This document shows, piece after piece, positions 10,237 through 20,087 of a stretch of DNA of 64,000 nucleotides. The position numbers were made by a program, and so were the translations under genes. The notes below the pieces were generated by a model that worked only from the letters and a program-made list of their open reading frames with translations, was not told the DNA's origin and searched no databases. This DNA is from a virus, in the IMG/VR virus record IMGVR_UViG_3300035034_002799, positions 1 to 64,000 of that record, one strand, 5' to 3'. Position 1 is the stretch's first letter. Every line of letters starts with the position of its first letter.

Positions 10237-11626
10237 ATATATTTTTACGTAATCTTCGTCTAATCTCTTCAACTATGGGTCTTTCTACTGATTCTTTATT
10301 TAAATCAACAAAACCATCAATAGCTTGAATAGCTAATTGTTTAGCATCATTACCAAACTTAGCACCATATTCAGAAGTCGCAAAGTTGTTAATTGCTTGA
10401 GTTGCACTTCCTGTTTCATTGTAATCGTTTACCACTAATCTAATAATTTTATTAGCTGTTGCTCCATTCGCCCCAGGGTTATTTTTTCCAGTAACCTTTG
10501 CTATAATACTAGCAACTCCTTCGAGGTTTCTCTTACTTACTTCTTGAGCATCAATACTATTATTGGTTTCTTCTTCGCCCCCTTCATCAGGAGTATTAAG
10601 CTGATCTCCAGTTCCTGATCCAACATTATCGTTTGGTGTGGTTGTATTAGATAAACTCTGTCCTACTTCAGTATTTACAAAATCTCTCATAACTGATTTC
10701 TCAAGTTGATGAGCTATTTGATTTTGTTTACCTCTGCTTAGTTTATTAAATGCTTTAAGAAGAGATTTATCTGAAGCGTTTGATGAAAGAAGTTGAGCTA
10801 TTGATTTAGGGTTTATGATACCTCTAGCAGTTCTTTCTTGAATCTCAACAGCTTCGCCTAATACTCCCTTGTTTTCACCAATTCCAGCCTTTTTAAGAAT
10901 GTTAACAAGATATTCTCTTCCTTTAGTTCTAAGGATGTTTTGAATTTCTTTATTAGCCTGCGATTTAATATTACCATCAGCATTTTTAATTTGGTCAACT
11001 ATCGGGTCGGTATTCTCAGCTTCAGGTGCCACGCTATCCCCAGTAGTAGTAGAAGATGCCTGCTGTTCTGCTGCATCTGCTTTTTGAGATTGAAATTCTG
11101 CTTTTTGTTCTGCTTTCTCAGCCTGTTTTATAAACTCATCAGCTTTTTTAGGATCAGTAGTAGCATCAGCGAGTAAGTTATTTTTAGCTGCCATTACACG
11201 AGAAAGAAACTCTTGGGTATCTTTAATACGAGAATCTACCGCTGATTGAATTTTATTAGCAGTAACTTCATCAGCGTTTTTGGTTTTAACTATAAGTTGT
11301 TTACCTAATTCACCCAGTCTGTTAATACGACGAGCAAGAGCCGAAGCCATAACACCCATTGCGGCATTTAATTTACCTTGATCCTTTGCAACTGCTTTTG
11401 CAAGTTGGTTATCAGCACTCTTAACGAGTCTATTATTTTTGAAATTTTCAATCTTTCCGAAGAATTTAGAAAGTGGTCCCTCCATAACAATTTTAGTACT
11501 TTCACATAAAGAATCGAATTCTTCTGCTAATTTTTTAAAGTCATTATTATCGAATGAAAAATTTTCTAAAAGTGAAGTACTGTTCCCATATAAATTATAA
11601 TTAATGAGGGACTTGATTTTATCCAT
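10235..11626 (-). CDS. Hypothetical late protein (463 aa), alanine-rich and helical; candidate internal head or ejection protein
   Basis: Long ORF with AGGAG RBS; minus-strand TATAAATA at 11660-11653. Confidence 0.7.
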   Translation of the reverse strand: MDKIKSLINYNLYGNSTSLLENFSFDNNDFKKLAEEFDSLCESTKIVMEGPLSKFFGKIENFKNNRLVKSADNQLAKAVAKDQGKLNAAMGVMASALARRINRLGELGKQLIVKTKNADEVTANKIQSAVDSRIKDTQEFLSRVMAAKNNLLADATTDPKKADEFIKQAEKAEQKAEFQSQKADAAEQQASSTTTGDSVAPEAENTDPIVDQIKNADGNIKSQANKEIQNILRTKGREYLVNILKKAGIGENKGVLGEAVEIQERTARGIINPKSIAQLLSSNASDKSLLKAFNKLSRGKQNQIAHQLEKSVMRDFVNTEVGQSLSNTTTPNDNVGSGTGDQLNTPDEGGEEETNNSIDAQEVSKRNLEGVASIIAKVTGKNNPGANGATANKIIRLVVNDYNETGSATQAINNFATSEYGAKFGNDAKQLAIQAIDGFVDLNKESVERPIVEEIRRRLRKNI

Positions 11627-11652
11627 AATCTTGCTCCTAGAGTTCTAAAAGG

Positions 11653-11660
11653 TATTTATA
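11653..11660 (-). promoter_or_regulatory. T4-type late promoter TATAAATA
   Basis: TATTTATA on the + strand, 26 nt upstream of the 11626 start. Confidence 0.7.
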
Positions 11661-11763
11661 ATACCAAGGGGGTTTTTTGGTATAATAAGTTAATCGTAAA
11701 AGCGATAGAAACCAAAAGTAGCCTAGAGGGCGAAATGGTATGTTTGCTAAAAAGGAGATTAAA

Positions 11764-12873
11764 ATGGCAGATTTAAAAAGTAGACTTAGAGATTTTGCTA
11801 AGTCACATAAAGACATGGGGTTAGCACCAGCAAGTGATTCAGTTGGTGTAGAAGAAGAGGGAGATTCTCGCGTTTGGATTTCAACAGGCTCATATGCTAT
11901 GAATAAGCTAGTGAGTGGAGACCCTCGTCGTGGTTGGTTATCTAAAAAGATTCACGGTCTTGCTGGTGAGCCTGGGGTAGGTAAATCTTACTTAGCTTTA
12001 AGTACAGCAAGAGAAGCAATTAAAGAAGGACATGTTGTTGTCATCTATGACACAGAAGGTAATATCACTGAGGAAAATTTAGAAAATATGGGTATTAACT
12101 CAGATGAAATTCTTTATAAGCAGATTCATACTATTGAAGAGTTTAAAACCAATATGGTTAACGATGTAGAAACACTTAGAAAAGACTTTCCAGATGAAGA
12201 GATTTTAGTAATCACTGACTCTATTGGTATGTTGTCCTCTGATAAAGAGTACGATGATGCTAAAAGCGGTAAGAATGCCGCTGATATGGGCTTGAAGGCT
12301 AGAATGCTTAAGTCTGCTTCTCGTATCGCTCAGACGCTTTGTGTTAAGCAAGGAATGACAATGATTGTTGTCAACCATACATACACAAACCCAAGCTCAT
12401 ACGTACCTGAGCAAGTATTTTCTGGTGGTTCTGGTTTTATCTATGCATGTACTTCTATTGTCTTCCTTCGCAAGTCTGCTGAAAAGGAGAACGTTAAAAA
12501 GACTGATGATGGTAAAACATATAAAGTCCATACAGGTAACTTTATAACTGCACATACTGCGAAGAACCGTGTAGTACCTGAAGGTCAAAGTGAAAAGATT
12601 TATCTATCTATGAAAACGGGTTTAAATAAATGGTTTGGTTTATTAGAAGATGCAATTGATCTTGGTTTCTTTACACAAAAAGGAGCTAGAGTTGTGATCC
12701 ATCACCTTGATGAAAAAAGTGTATTCAAAAAGCAAATATATAAAGATGAATATTGGAATCCTATTCTTGATGACCTTTCTGAAAAACTTACGGAAAAATA
12801 CAAGTATCATAAAAATTCTGATATTGAAGAAGAAGAATTAACCGAAGATACCGAAGAAGATATAGGAGTATAA
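11764..12873 (+). CDS. uvsX: UvsX/RecA-like recombinase
   Basis: ISTGSYAMN, Walker A GEPGVGKS, YDTE, DSIG, VVNH, SGG; RBS AAGGAG supports the ATG at 11764. Confidence 0.93.
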   Translation: MADLKSRLRDFAKSHKDMGLAPASDSVGVEEEGDSRVWISTGSYAMNKLVSGDPRRGWLSKKIHGLAGEPGVGKSYLALSTAREAIKEGHVVVIYDTEGNITEENLENMGINSDEILYKQIHTIEEFKTNMVNDVETLRKDFPDEEILVITDSIGMLSSDKEYDDAKSGKNAADMGLKARMLKSASRIAQTLCVKQGMTMIVVNHTYTNPSSYVPEQVFSGGSGFIYACTSIVFLRKSAEKENVKKTDDGKTYKVHTGNFITAHTAKNRVVPEGQSEKIYLSMKTGLNKWFGLLEDAIDLGFFTQKGARVVIHHLDEKSVFKKQIYKDEYWNPILDDLSEKLTEKYKYHKNSDIEEEELTEDTEEDIGV

Positions 12874-12936
12874 CGAATACATATATTGATTCATATTTCC
12901 TTGTACGTATAATTAAAATTGTTAGGAGATATATTA

Positions 12937-14310
12937 ATGTCATCAGGTGATAAAACAGAAGCATATATAATCAAGGGACTATTGTCTTTTCCTGATTACG
13001 CCGCGAAATTTTTAGATAAACTTGACCGAGAATATTTTAGTAGTGAGGGTGGAGCTATTTTGCGCACCCTCCAAGTTTTTCATAATAAATATTCAAAGTT
13101 ACCTTCTTTAGGTATTCTTTGTGATAAAGAGTTACCTAAATACAAACCGTGTGCGAAAAATCCAGAGTTCCTTTCGGATTGCGAGGATTATGTACATTCC
13201 GCAATTTCTTTAAGAGTAGAAAAAGATAAGTTTTACGAATATCTTTGTGACGAAACAAAAGACTTTATAAAAAGGAAAAGAATTGAAAACGCATTAGTTG
13301 AATTAGTTGAATTAATGGACCAAGGCAAATCAGACGAAGCAGTTAAAGCAGTTTTAGATGCTGCTAATGTTCATTTTGATGAAAGCCTTGGTCTTGATTA
13401 TTTTGATGACTTAGCTAGTCGTATTGAAAAGATGAAATCTCCAGAGTCTGTGATACCATCAGGGATTGATGCTCTAGATGAGAAAATTGGAGGAGGTTGG
13501 CACCGTAAGGGGCTGATTGTATTCGGTGCTGCTACTAATGTTGGTAAGACTCTTGTTTTGGGAGATATCGCATGTAAATTAGTAAATCAAGGTTTGCATG
13601 GTCTTTACGTTTCCCTTGAAATTAATGAGAATATTTTAGCAAACCGTATTGACGCTAACCTTACTGATATATCAATGAGTGATTTATATGATGACCCAGA
13701 TCGTCTTATGAGTGAAATTATGAATCGTAAGAAATTAGCAGAAGACTCAGGGGATGATTTTGGTCGATTTATTATTAAAGAATATCCACCAGCTACCATG
13801 AATGCGAATCAACTTTTATCTCTTGTTAGAGAACTAGAATTAAAAAGAAATGGATTTAAACCTGATTTTATATGTGTTGACTATTTGGGTCTTATGATAC
13901 CAAATGGTAAAGGGTTTTCGGATAATACATATGGTAAGCTCAAAACCGCAGCGGAAGAACTTCGTGCAGTTGGTTGTATGCTTGATGTTCCAATCTTCTC
14001 AGCAGTACAGGTTAACCGCGAGGGATTTGACGATAGTCACATTGGATTAAACAAAACAGCAGACTCAATTGGTATTCCAATGACCGCTGATCTTATGTTT
14101 ATGATTTCACGTACAGAAGATATGGCAGCCCAAAATCAAATTTATTTTCATATTGCAAAATCGCGTTATAGTAAAAATGGAGATGGGCTTTATCTCAAGG
14201 TTGACTATGATCATATGAGAATATACGATGAGAACCAAGAAACTGATATAAAGAAAAAAGTTTCATTAGGAAAAAAATTGAGACAATTAAGAAGTGGGAG
14301 TAGTAAATAA
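12937..14310 (+). CDS. 41: gp41-like replicative helicase (DnaB family)
   Basis: Walker A ATNVGKT, SLE, IKEYP, VDYL, QVNR, ADSIG, KSRY. Confidence 0.95.
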   Translation: MSSGDKTEAYIIKGLLSFPDYAAKFLDKLDREYFSSEGGAILRTLQVFHNKYSKLPSLGILCDKELPKYKPCAKNPEFLSDCEDYVHSAISLRVEKDKFYEYLCDETKDFIKRKRIENALVELVELMDQGKSDEAVKAVLDAANVHFDESLGLDYFDDLASRIEKMKSPESVIPSGIDALDEKIGGGWHRKGLIVFGAATNVGKTLVLGDIACKLVNQGLHGLYVSLEINENILANRIDANLTDISMSDLYDDPDRLMSEIMNRKKLAEDSGDDFGRFIIKEYPPATMNANQLLSLVRELELKRNGFKPDFICVDYLGLMIPNGKGFSDNTYGKLKTAAEELRAVGCMLDVPIFSAVQVNREGFDDSHIGLNKTADSIGIPMTADLMFMISRTEDMAAQNQIYFHIAKSRYSKNGDGLYLKVDYDHMRIYDENQETDIKKKVSLGKKLRQLRSGSSK

Positions 14311-14606
14311 TGTCACGATCACCAAAAGTAAAACAAATGACTTATGAGGAATTATCTGAAGAATTTGATATCACACCTAATAAGGCACATATTGAAGTTA
14401 AGAGAGTATATAATAAAATAATAAATAGTCTCGTAACAGATGGAGTTCCTATGTGGGACGCTGTTATGGGGGTTAGAGATTTCTTCGGGATGTCAGAAAA
14501 GGAAGCAGTTGATAAACTCAACAAAGATTTCCAAGAAAGACTCAAAAAAGAAGCTCTACAAAAATATCATGTAACTGGTTTCAGTAGACATGAAGAAAGC
14601 GAATAA
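14310..14606 (+). CDS. gp33-like late transcription coactivator with an N-terminal HTH-like segment
   Basis: C-terminal half (PMWDAV...GMSEKEAVDKLNKDFQERLKKEA) follows the gp33 helical pattern; lies directly upstream of gp32. Confidence 0.5.
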   Translation: MSRSPKVKQMTYEELSEEFDITPNKAHIEVKRVYNKIINSLVTDGVPMWDAVMGVRDFFGMSEKEAVDKLNKDFQERLKKEALQKYHVTGFSRHEESE

Positions 14607-14668
14607 ACTTGGCATTGTGCTAGTTTATAGAAAGCGTATAATAGCGAAACAAACGAGGAGAAAACGTT

Positions 14669-15664
14669 ATGACAAATTTAAGTAAATTCAAAAATCAAAA
14701 GAAGAAGTTCGATGCTCTGAGAGATAGACTCAAACAGCAGCAGAACGATGAAGGTGGTAGTAACAGTTATGATGATAGCTGGAAATTCCGCCCAAAAATG
14801 AATCCAGGAAGCACCAAGGATAACTTCGTTATTCGTTTCCTTCCACACATGGCTGTAGAAGACGGTGAGGGTGAATTCTGGGCAGAAGGTTTTGTACATA
14901 TCTTCCAGCGTAATGATGGTAAAAAGGTATATACTCTTTGCCCTAAGCGTTCAAAGAAGGACAAGACACCTTGCCCAATTTGTGAGAAATCAGTAGGTCT
15001 TTATGATCTCGTAAATTCGGGAGCTGCATCGAAAGCTGATGAAGATTTAGCTCGTATGTACTATAAGAAGCAACGTTACTTTGCTAATGTGTTGGTTGTA
15101 AGTGACCCCCGCACTGGCGATGATAACCAAGAAGGTCAAGTACTTGTTTTCGAGTATGGACCGCAGATTCAAGAAAAGGTAACAGACGCGATTCTTGATC
15201 AAGACATCCAACCGCATAATCCATTCACTGGACATAACTTCAATCTTGTTATTAAGAAGAAGGGCGAATTCGTAACATACGAAAGTAGTCACTTTTCCAT
15301 GAAGAGTGAAGAAGTAGCTGACTCAGATGAAAAGATTGAATCAGTTTTAGATAAAGCCTATAATCTTAAAGAAAAGGTATTTGGTGATACCCGTGAGTAT
15401 GAGCAACTTAAGGCTCTATTGACTGGTAAAAAATCCGATGACGATGATGATGATGATGACGAACCATCAAAGAAGAAAGAATCAACACCTTCACGTACTC
15501 GTGACTCTGAAAACGAAGGAAAAGCAGAAAATGATGGTGATGATGATAACTTTGATGATGTTTCTGGTGAAGAAGAAGATGACAGTAAAAAGTCAACTGA
15601 CGATGATACCGATACCGATTCTGATGATGATTTAGATATTGATGACGATGAGTTGTTTGAATAA
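14669..15664 (+). CDS. 32: gp32-like single-stranded DNA-binding protein
   Basis: IRFLP, Zn ligands H/CP/CPIC, YFANVLVVSDP, GHNFNL, YESSHF, long acidic tail. Confidence 0.93.
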   Translation: MTNLSKFKNQKKKFDALRDRLKQQQNDEGGSNSYDDSWKFRPKMNPGSTKDNFVIRFLPHMAVEDGEGEFWAEGFVHIFQRNDGKKVYTLCPKRSKKDKTPCPICEKSVGLYDLVNSGAASKADEDLARMYYKKQRYFANVLVVSDPRTGDDNQEGQVLVFEYGPQIQEKVTDAILDQDIQPHNPFTGHNFNLVIKKKGEFVTYESSHFSMKSEEVADSDEKIESVLDKAYNLKEKVFGDTREYEQLKALLTGKKSDDDDDDDDEPSKKKESTPSRTRDSENEGKAENDGDDDNFDDVSGEEEDDSKKSTDDDTDTDSDDDLDIDDDELFE

Positions 15665-15686
15665 AAATCATTGATATATGATAGAA

Positions 15687-15723
15687 TATACCCACGGTAA
15701 TTAACGCCTTGGGTATTTTTTTT
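15687..15723 (+). terminator. Intrinsic terminator after gp32
   Basis: ATACCCA...TGGGTAT stem followed by a T run. Confidence 0.7.
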
Positions 15724-15734
15724 GGAGTGAATAT

Positions 15735-16727
15735 ATGAATTTATTATTAACTGGTTGTGCTGGGTTTATTGGGTTTAATTTTCTAAAAGTGTTTGCTGAA
15801 TATCGACATCTTTTTGAAAGAGTTATATCAATCGACAAGGAAGGTTATGCTAGTTACCATTTAATAAAAGAATATACAAAAATATGTAATGATATAGATA
15901 TTGAAATTGTATGTACAAATATTAAAAACATAAATTATACTTTAAAAGGTGATTGGATAGTTCTTAATTTTGCAAGCGAATCACATGTTGATAATAGTAT
16001 TTCTAATCCTTTCGAGTTTTATTTAGAAAATGTTAATATCGTTCCTTGTATAATTCAGATGATAGGAATGAATAACATTAAAAAGTTTATTCAGATTAGT
16101 ACAGATGAAGTTTATGGAGATATCCCACAAGACACCCCAAGTGTTTTATGGTTTGATTATGATCGCCCCAGCCCGTATCTACCAAATAACCCATATAGTG
16201 CATCAAAAGCATCACAAGATTTATTACTGAGAAGTTTAGCTCATACTTTTGATTTTCCAGTACAAACTATACGCCTTGCTAATCAATTTGGACCTTGGCA
16301 ACATCATGAAAAGATGATTGCTAAGAGTATACTTCATGTAATAAACAATGAACCTATTGAGTTACACGGAGATGGTACTAATATCAGACAATGGACTCCA
16401 GTAGTTGACAGTGTAAAAGTTATTCGAGATGTTTTGCTTGGTAAAATTAACACACCAGTTGTTCATATTGCCCATCAACATAAACTCTATAATAATAACC
16501 AAGTGGTTTCAATTTGGTCTGATATAATTAAAAGAAAATATGATATAGAGGTAAAAACCAAATTCATTAACAACCGTAGGGGTAATGATTTAATGTATGC
16601 GTTAAAGACAGAAAAAGCAGTTGATAGTTATTTTCAAACAAGTCTTATGCAAAGATTTGAAGAAACTATTGATTGGTATTTTGAAAACCAAAACAAATTT
16701 AATAGGGATAACACATATGACAGTTAG
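15735..16727 (+). CDS. rmlB: dTDP-glucose 4,6-dehydratase
   Basis: TGCAGFIG, FASESHVDNSI, ISTDEVYGD, YSASK, NQFGPWQHHEK. Confidence 0.88.
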   Translation: MNLLLTGCAGFIGFNFLKVFAEYRHLFERVISIDKEGYASYHLIKEYTKICNDIDIEIVCTNIKNINYTLKGDWIVLNFASESHVDNSISNPFEFYLENVNIVPCIIQMIGMNNIKKFIQISTDEVYGDIPQDTPSVLWFDYDRPSPYLPNNPYSASKASQDLLLRSLAHTFDFPVQTIRLANQFGPWQHHEKMIAKSILHVINNEPIELHGDGTNIRQWTPVVDSVKVIRDVLLGKINTPVVHIAHQHKLYNNNQVVSIWSDIIKRKYDIEVKTKFINNRRGNDLMYALKTEKAVDSYFQTSLMQRFEETIDWYFENQNKFNRDNTYDS

Positions 16728-16748
16728 ACGAATTAATACTATTTGAAA

Positions 16749-16862
16749 CTAAATGTATTCGAATTTCCACCCCTTATAGTGGTTTCTTTCTCCTGTTATA
16801 ACTCTTCTGACAAGTTTATTGTTTTTAATTCCCATTTGCCGACAAAGTTCTGATATAATCAT
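16749..16862 (-). pseudogene. 37-aa remnant of a homing endonuclease (NUMOD1/IENR1-like DNA-binding repeat)
   Basis: Own translation MIISELCRQMGIKNNKLVRRVITGERNHYKGWKFEYI; minus-strand TATAAATA at 16875-16868 lies 5 nt before the ATG. Confidence 0.6.
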
Positions 16863-16889
16863 ATAACTATTTATAAATGAAAGGTCCAC

Positions 16890-18224
16890 ATGAACAAAAA
16901 CACATTATCTAAAGAACTAATAGTGGAAAAATGGGAAGGTAAGGTAAAAATTTATGATTTAACTCAATTCGTAGATAACAGAGGGATGGTCACCGAGGTA
17001 TTTAGAAAAGATGACGAAGTGACCGAAAGAGTACAACAGTGTTATATTAGCGAAACAAAACCTTTTGTTCTTAGAGGACCACACCAACACCCTGGTGTTG
17101 AATGGATTGATGATGGTGTTGGGCAGTGTGATAATTTCATTACTTGGAAATCTAAAGTTTGTTATGAATTGTTTAATTTTGAAACCAACGAGTTTTTTAA
17201 TTTCACAACGAACTCTGATAAGATAACTCTAGTTCAAGTTGATACACCAATTGTTCATGGGTATAGGAATTTAGAAGAAAAAACTATACAGACAATGAAT
17301 TTTCCTACTCAATTGTTTAAAGGACAATGTAAAAACAAAGAACCTGACGAGGTTCGATATGAGGAGTCGTGTCACGAAAAGAAAAAAGTTATTGTGATAT
17401 TTGGAGCAACTGGTCGCCTTGGTTCTGCTCTAGTTGACGCAGCATATAATCATATTGGTTTTTATGATTATGAAGTAATTCCAATCTACTGTAAAATTGA
17501 AACTGAGAAGGAGGTTAATCCTCTTCTTACGAAAGTATTAGATGTCACAGAAGGTAAGGAAGTGTTTTTTATAAATGCTTCTGGTTATACTAATACAGCA
17601 TCTAAGTCAAATGAAAACATGATGTGGGTTAATTCTGATTTACCTGTTAAATTCGCTGAATTTGCAAAAAATAACAATTGGAATTTTATTCAATTTTCTA
17701 GTGACTACGTATTCCAAAGTTCATCAAAATATAATGTAAAACTTAATGCATACACTATAAGCAAACAACTTATGGAAACTAACATAAAAAACAGTGAATA
17801 CCCAGCAGTATTAGTTAGAGTCGCTAACTTGTTTTCTGACAAAGAAAATGATCTTCGCAATATGATTCAAAAATTTCAGACTAAAGTTAGGTTAAAGGAA
17901 AAGTTTGTGATCGACCCTCGTATTGTAGTTTCTCCTACTGATGTTAGTATTCTTGCCAACTTTATAGTAGACTCGATAGTAAATGAAACATTAAATACTG
18001 ATAGGTTTCGATCTAATATACTTAAAGCTATTAATGTTCTTCCAGAGAACACATACTCTTTACGAGAGTTTATAACAAAGTATTATGATGGTTATGATAA
18101 TATAGAAGAAAAAGAGGGACTTTTAGACCCATGGTTTGAAAAATTTAATTCTGCTGAGGCTATTAGAATTCCAAGCAGTGAACAAACCATTATAAATACT
18201 CTAAAACGGACTCAGGTCCTATAA
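16890..18224 (+). CDS. RmlC-RmlD fusion (dTDP-4-dehydrorhamnose 3,5-epimerase plus reductase)
   Basis: N-terminal cupin DNRG..VLRGPHQH..VHGY; C-terminal GATGRLG, FSSDYVF, YTISK. Confidence 0.8.
   Translation: MNKNTLSKELIVEKWEGKVKIYDLTQFVDNRGMVTEVFRKDDEVTERVQQCYISETKPFVLRGPHQHPGVEWIDDGVGQCDNFITWKSKVCYELFNFETNEFFNFTTNSDKITLVQVDTPIVHGYRNLEEKTIQTMNFPTQLFKGQCKNKEPDEVRYEESCHEKKKVIVIFGATGRLGSALVDAAYNHIGFYDYEVIPIYCKIETEKEVNPLLTKVLDVTEGKEVFFINASGYTNTASKSNENMMWVNSDLPVKFAEFAKNNNWNFIQFSSDYVFQSSSKYNVKLNAYTISKQLMETNIKNSEYPAVLVRVANLFSDKENDLRNMIQKFQTKVRLKEKFVIDPRIVVSPTDVSILANFIVDSIVNETLNTDRFRSNILKAINVLPENTYSLREFITKYYDGYDNIEEKEGLLDPWFEKFNSAEAIRIPSSEQTIINTLKRTQVL
18191..18198 (+). promoter_or_regulatory. T4-type late promoter TATAAATA
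   Basis: Exact motif upstream of the membrane/lipoprotein cassette. Confidence 0.7.
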
Positions 18225-18236
18225 AGGAGAAACGAA

Positions 18237-18605
18237 ATGGAAAATATAATCGAAATATTAATTCCGCTTATTCCAGGTGCTGTTATTGCACTTGTTGCAC
18301 TTGGTCTTGGGTGGATCAAAGGTAAAGGATGGATTAAAGAAGGATTTATTAATGAAATTGAAACAGATGTAAGTGCTGTTGTTAACGAAGTATATCAAGA
18401 ATATGTTAAGGAAAAGAAAACCGCAGCAGCAGACGGTAAACTTACCGAAGAAGAGAAGAAGCACGCTCGTCAGCTTGCTCTTGGAAAACTCAAGACTCTT
18501 GGTACTCAAAAAGGTAAGAACTATGCTAAAGAATGGCTTGTTCCTGTTATCCTTGATCTTATTGAGAAATTTGTATCTAACAAGAAAACTGGTACTAATA
18601 AATGA
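18237..18605 (+). CDS. Holin-like membrane protein (one N-terminal TM segment)
   Basis: Hydrophobic N-terminus, then QEYVKEKK..ADGKLTEEEKKHA, resembling LL-H-type holins. Confidence 0.5.
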   Translation: MENIIEILIPLIPGAVIALVALGLGWIKGKGWIKEGFINEIETDVSAVVNEVYQEYVKEKKTAAADGKLTEEEKKHARQLALGKLKTLGTQKGKNYAKEWLVPVILDLIEKFVSNKKTGTNK

Positions 18606-18871
18606 AGAATTTAATGAAAATCACGGCAGGTATTTTATTTGTCGTGGTTCTTTCAAGTTGTACAATAATTACTCGTGGTCAAGTAGAACTCTTACGAGAC
18701 CATGCAGCACAATCAGAATTAAGGGCAAAAAATAATGAGCGACAAATCCAGCTTTTGGAAGAAACTTTGGACAGTAATAGTCCAGTTATTCAAATCATTG
18801 GGTCAGAATCAATCTGGCACAAACATACCGCCGAACTCCTCTACGGGACAGTCGGTAGACCAACCGAGTGA
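18602..18871 (+). CDS. Small lipoprotein (possible spanin component)
   Basis: Signal peptide II ending in lipobox LSSC, followed by a coiled-coil segment. Confidence 0.6.
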   Translation: MKNLMKITAGILFVVVLSSCTIITRGQVELLRDHAAQSELRAKNNERQIQLLEETLDSNSPVIQIIGSESIWHKHTAELLYGTVGRPTE

Positions 18872-19217
18872 CATATTAAAAGAAACTGCCAAAGACGTAG
18901 CTGCTGAATTTTTAGCAAGTAAAGCCGCTGGGCTTGTTTCAAAATATGGTAGCATGCTTGACTCTCTTGACCCGAAACAAAAAGAATATGCATTACGTAT
19001 GGCAGAACTTAAATCAGTTAATCCTAGCCAGTTAAATTTAGAAGAGACTATTGAACTCGGTGAAGCTATTAATGAAGCTGCTAAACTTAGAGTTGAAATA
19101 AATCATGAACTTAATAGTTTTTGGTCTGAGGTTTTTGATGTTGTAGGCGAAGCTGCTGAAAAATTCGCTAATGTGGGTATACGAATACTATCTCGCACCC
19201 TCATTGGTTTTATATAA
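18735..19217 (+). CDS. Hypothetical helical protein with amphipathic termini, overlapping the lipoprotein gene by 137 nt
   Basis: 160-aa ORF in the +1 frame relative to 18602. Confidence 0.6.
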   Translation: MSDKSSFWKKLWTVIVQLFKSLGQNQSGTNIPPNSSTGQSVDQPSDILKETAKDVAAEFLASKAAGLVSKYGSMLDSLDPKQKEYALRMAELKSVNPSQLNLEETIELGEAINEAAKLRVEINHELNSFWSEVFDVVGEAAEKFANVGIRILSRTLIGFI

Positions 19218-19285
19218 TCTTGGTTGTTGTGTTATCCCTCCAATCTGGTACAATATAGTTCAAGTACCATTTGGAGGGGGTTTAT

Positions 19286-20026
19286 ATGTCTGATTATCCT
19301 TTAAGGGTTGCTTTTGATGAAGATAAGGCGAGAGCTTTTATGGCTCTTCTCCGAGATATCCAAAGAATTGGTATCAGCGGCATCTCATTCGAGGTAAGCA
19401 CCGATAAGAAAATTAATATAAAATGTCAAAACGAATCGAGGGATGTTTTGAATTTTGTCCTAATTAAAGAAAAGTTATTAGAAAAATCTCAAATCACAGA
19501 AGACTTTATGTTCTCTCTTTTTGATATTAATGAGTTTGTTTCTCTTATTAGCGTCTTTAGTGACGGTTTTGGTTTGAGTGTATGTCCTGAACATGCATTA
19601 ATCAAAAAGGCTCCAAATACCTTACGTTATTACGGATGTAACTCGTATTTGATCAAAAAACCAGATATTGAAAGGGAATTTGAGTGGATAACTCAATTCA
19701 ATTTTAATTGTGCTGAAATGAAATCTTTTATAAAAGCATTACCTATAACGTCACAGAAGTATGTAATCATAACTGGTGAAGTCGGAAGTACTGAACTTAA
19801 ACTTTCTATTACTGATAAAGATATTAAAGAAACAGCATTTGATACAACAATTGCTGTGGACACATTAGATAAAAAGGTTAGATTAGTATTTAATAAAGAC
19901 TTATTAATCCCTGTACTTAAAAGTCATTTTGAAGAATTTGAAATTAGAATACATAAAATGATGATGAGGTTGGCTGGAAGTAATGATTATTTTGATCAGA
20001 CTTTCTACGTATCTTCACTTGCATAA
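19286..20026 (+). CDS. 45: gp45-like sliding clamp
   Basis: About 246 aa, FSLFDINEFVSLISVF motif, directly upstream of the clamp loader. Confidence 0.75.
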   Translation: MSDYPLRVAFDEDKARAFMALLRDIQRIGISGISFEVSTDKKINIKCQNESRDVLNFVLIKEKLLEKSQITEDFMFSLFDINEFVSLISVFSDGFGLSVCPEHALIKKAPNTLRYYGCNSYLIKKPDIEREFEWITQFNFNCAEMKSFIKALPITSQKYVIITGEVGSTELKLSITDKDIKETAFDTTIAVDTLDKKVRLVFNKDLLIPVLKSHFEEFEIRIHKMMMRLAGSNDYFDQTFYVSSLA

Positions 20027-20087
20027 TGGAAGATAAAGAGTATAATAATACACACCTTATATTGAATAAGGGATTTTTGGAGGAGTG

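Noticed and set aside
15408-15695. His-rich and Met-rich ORFs over the gp32 3' end
   Set aside because: They are shadow frames of the GAT/GAC-rich acidic tail of gp32.
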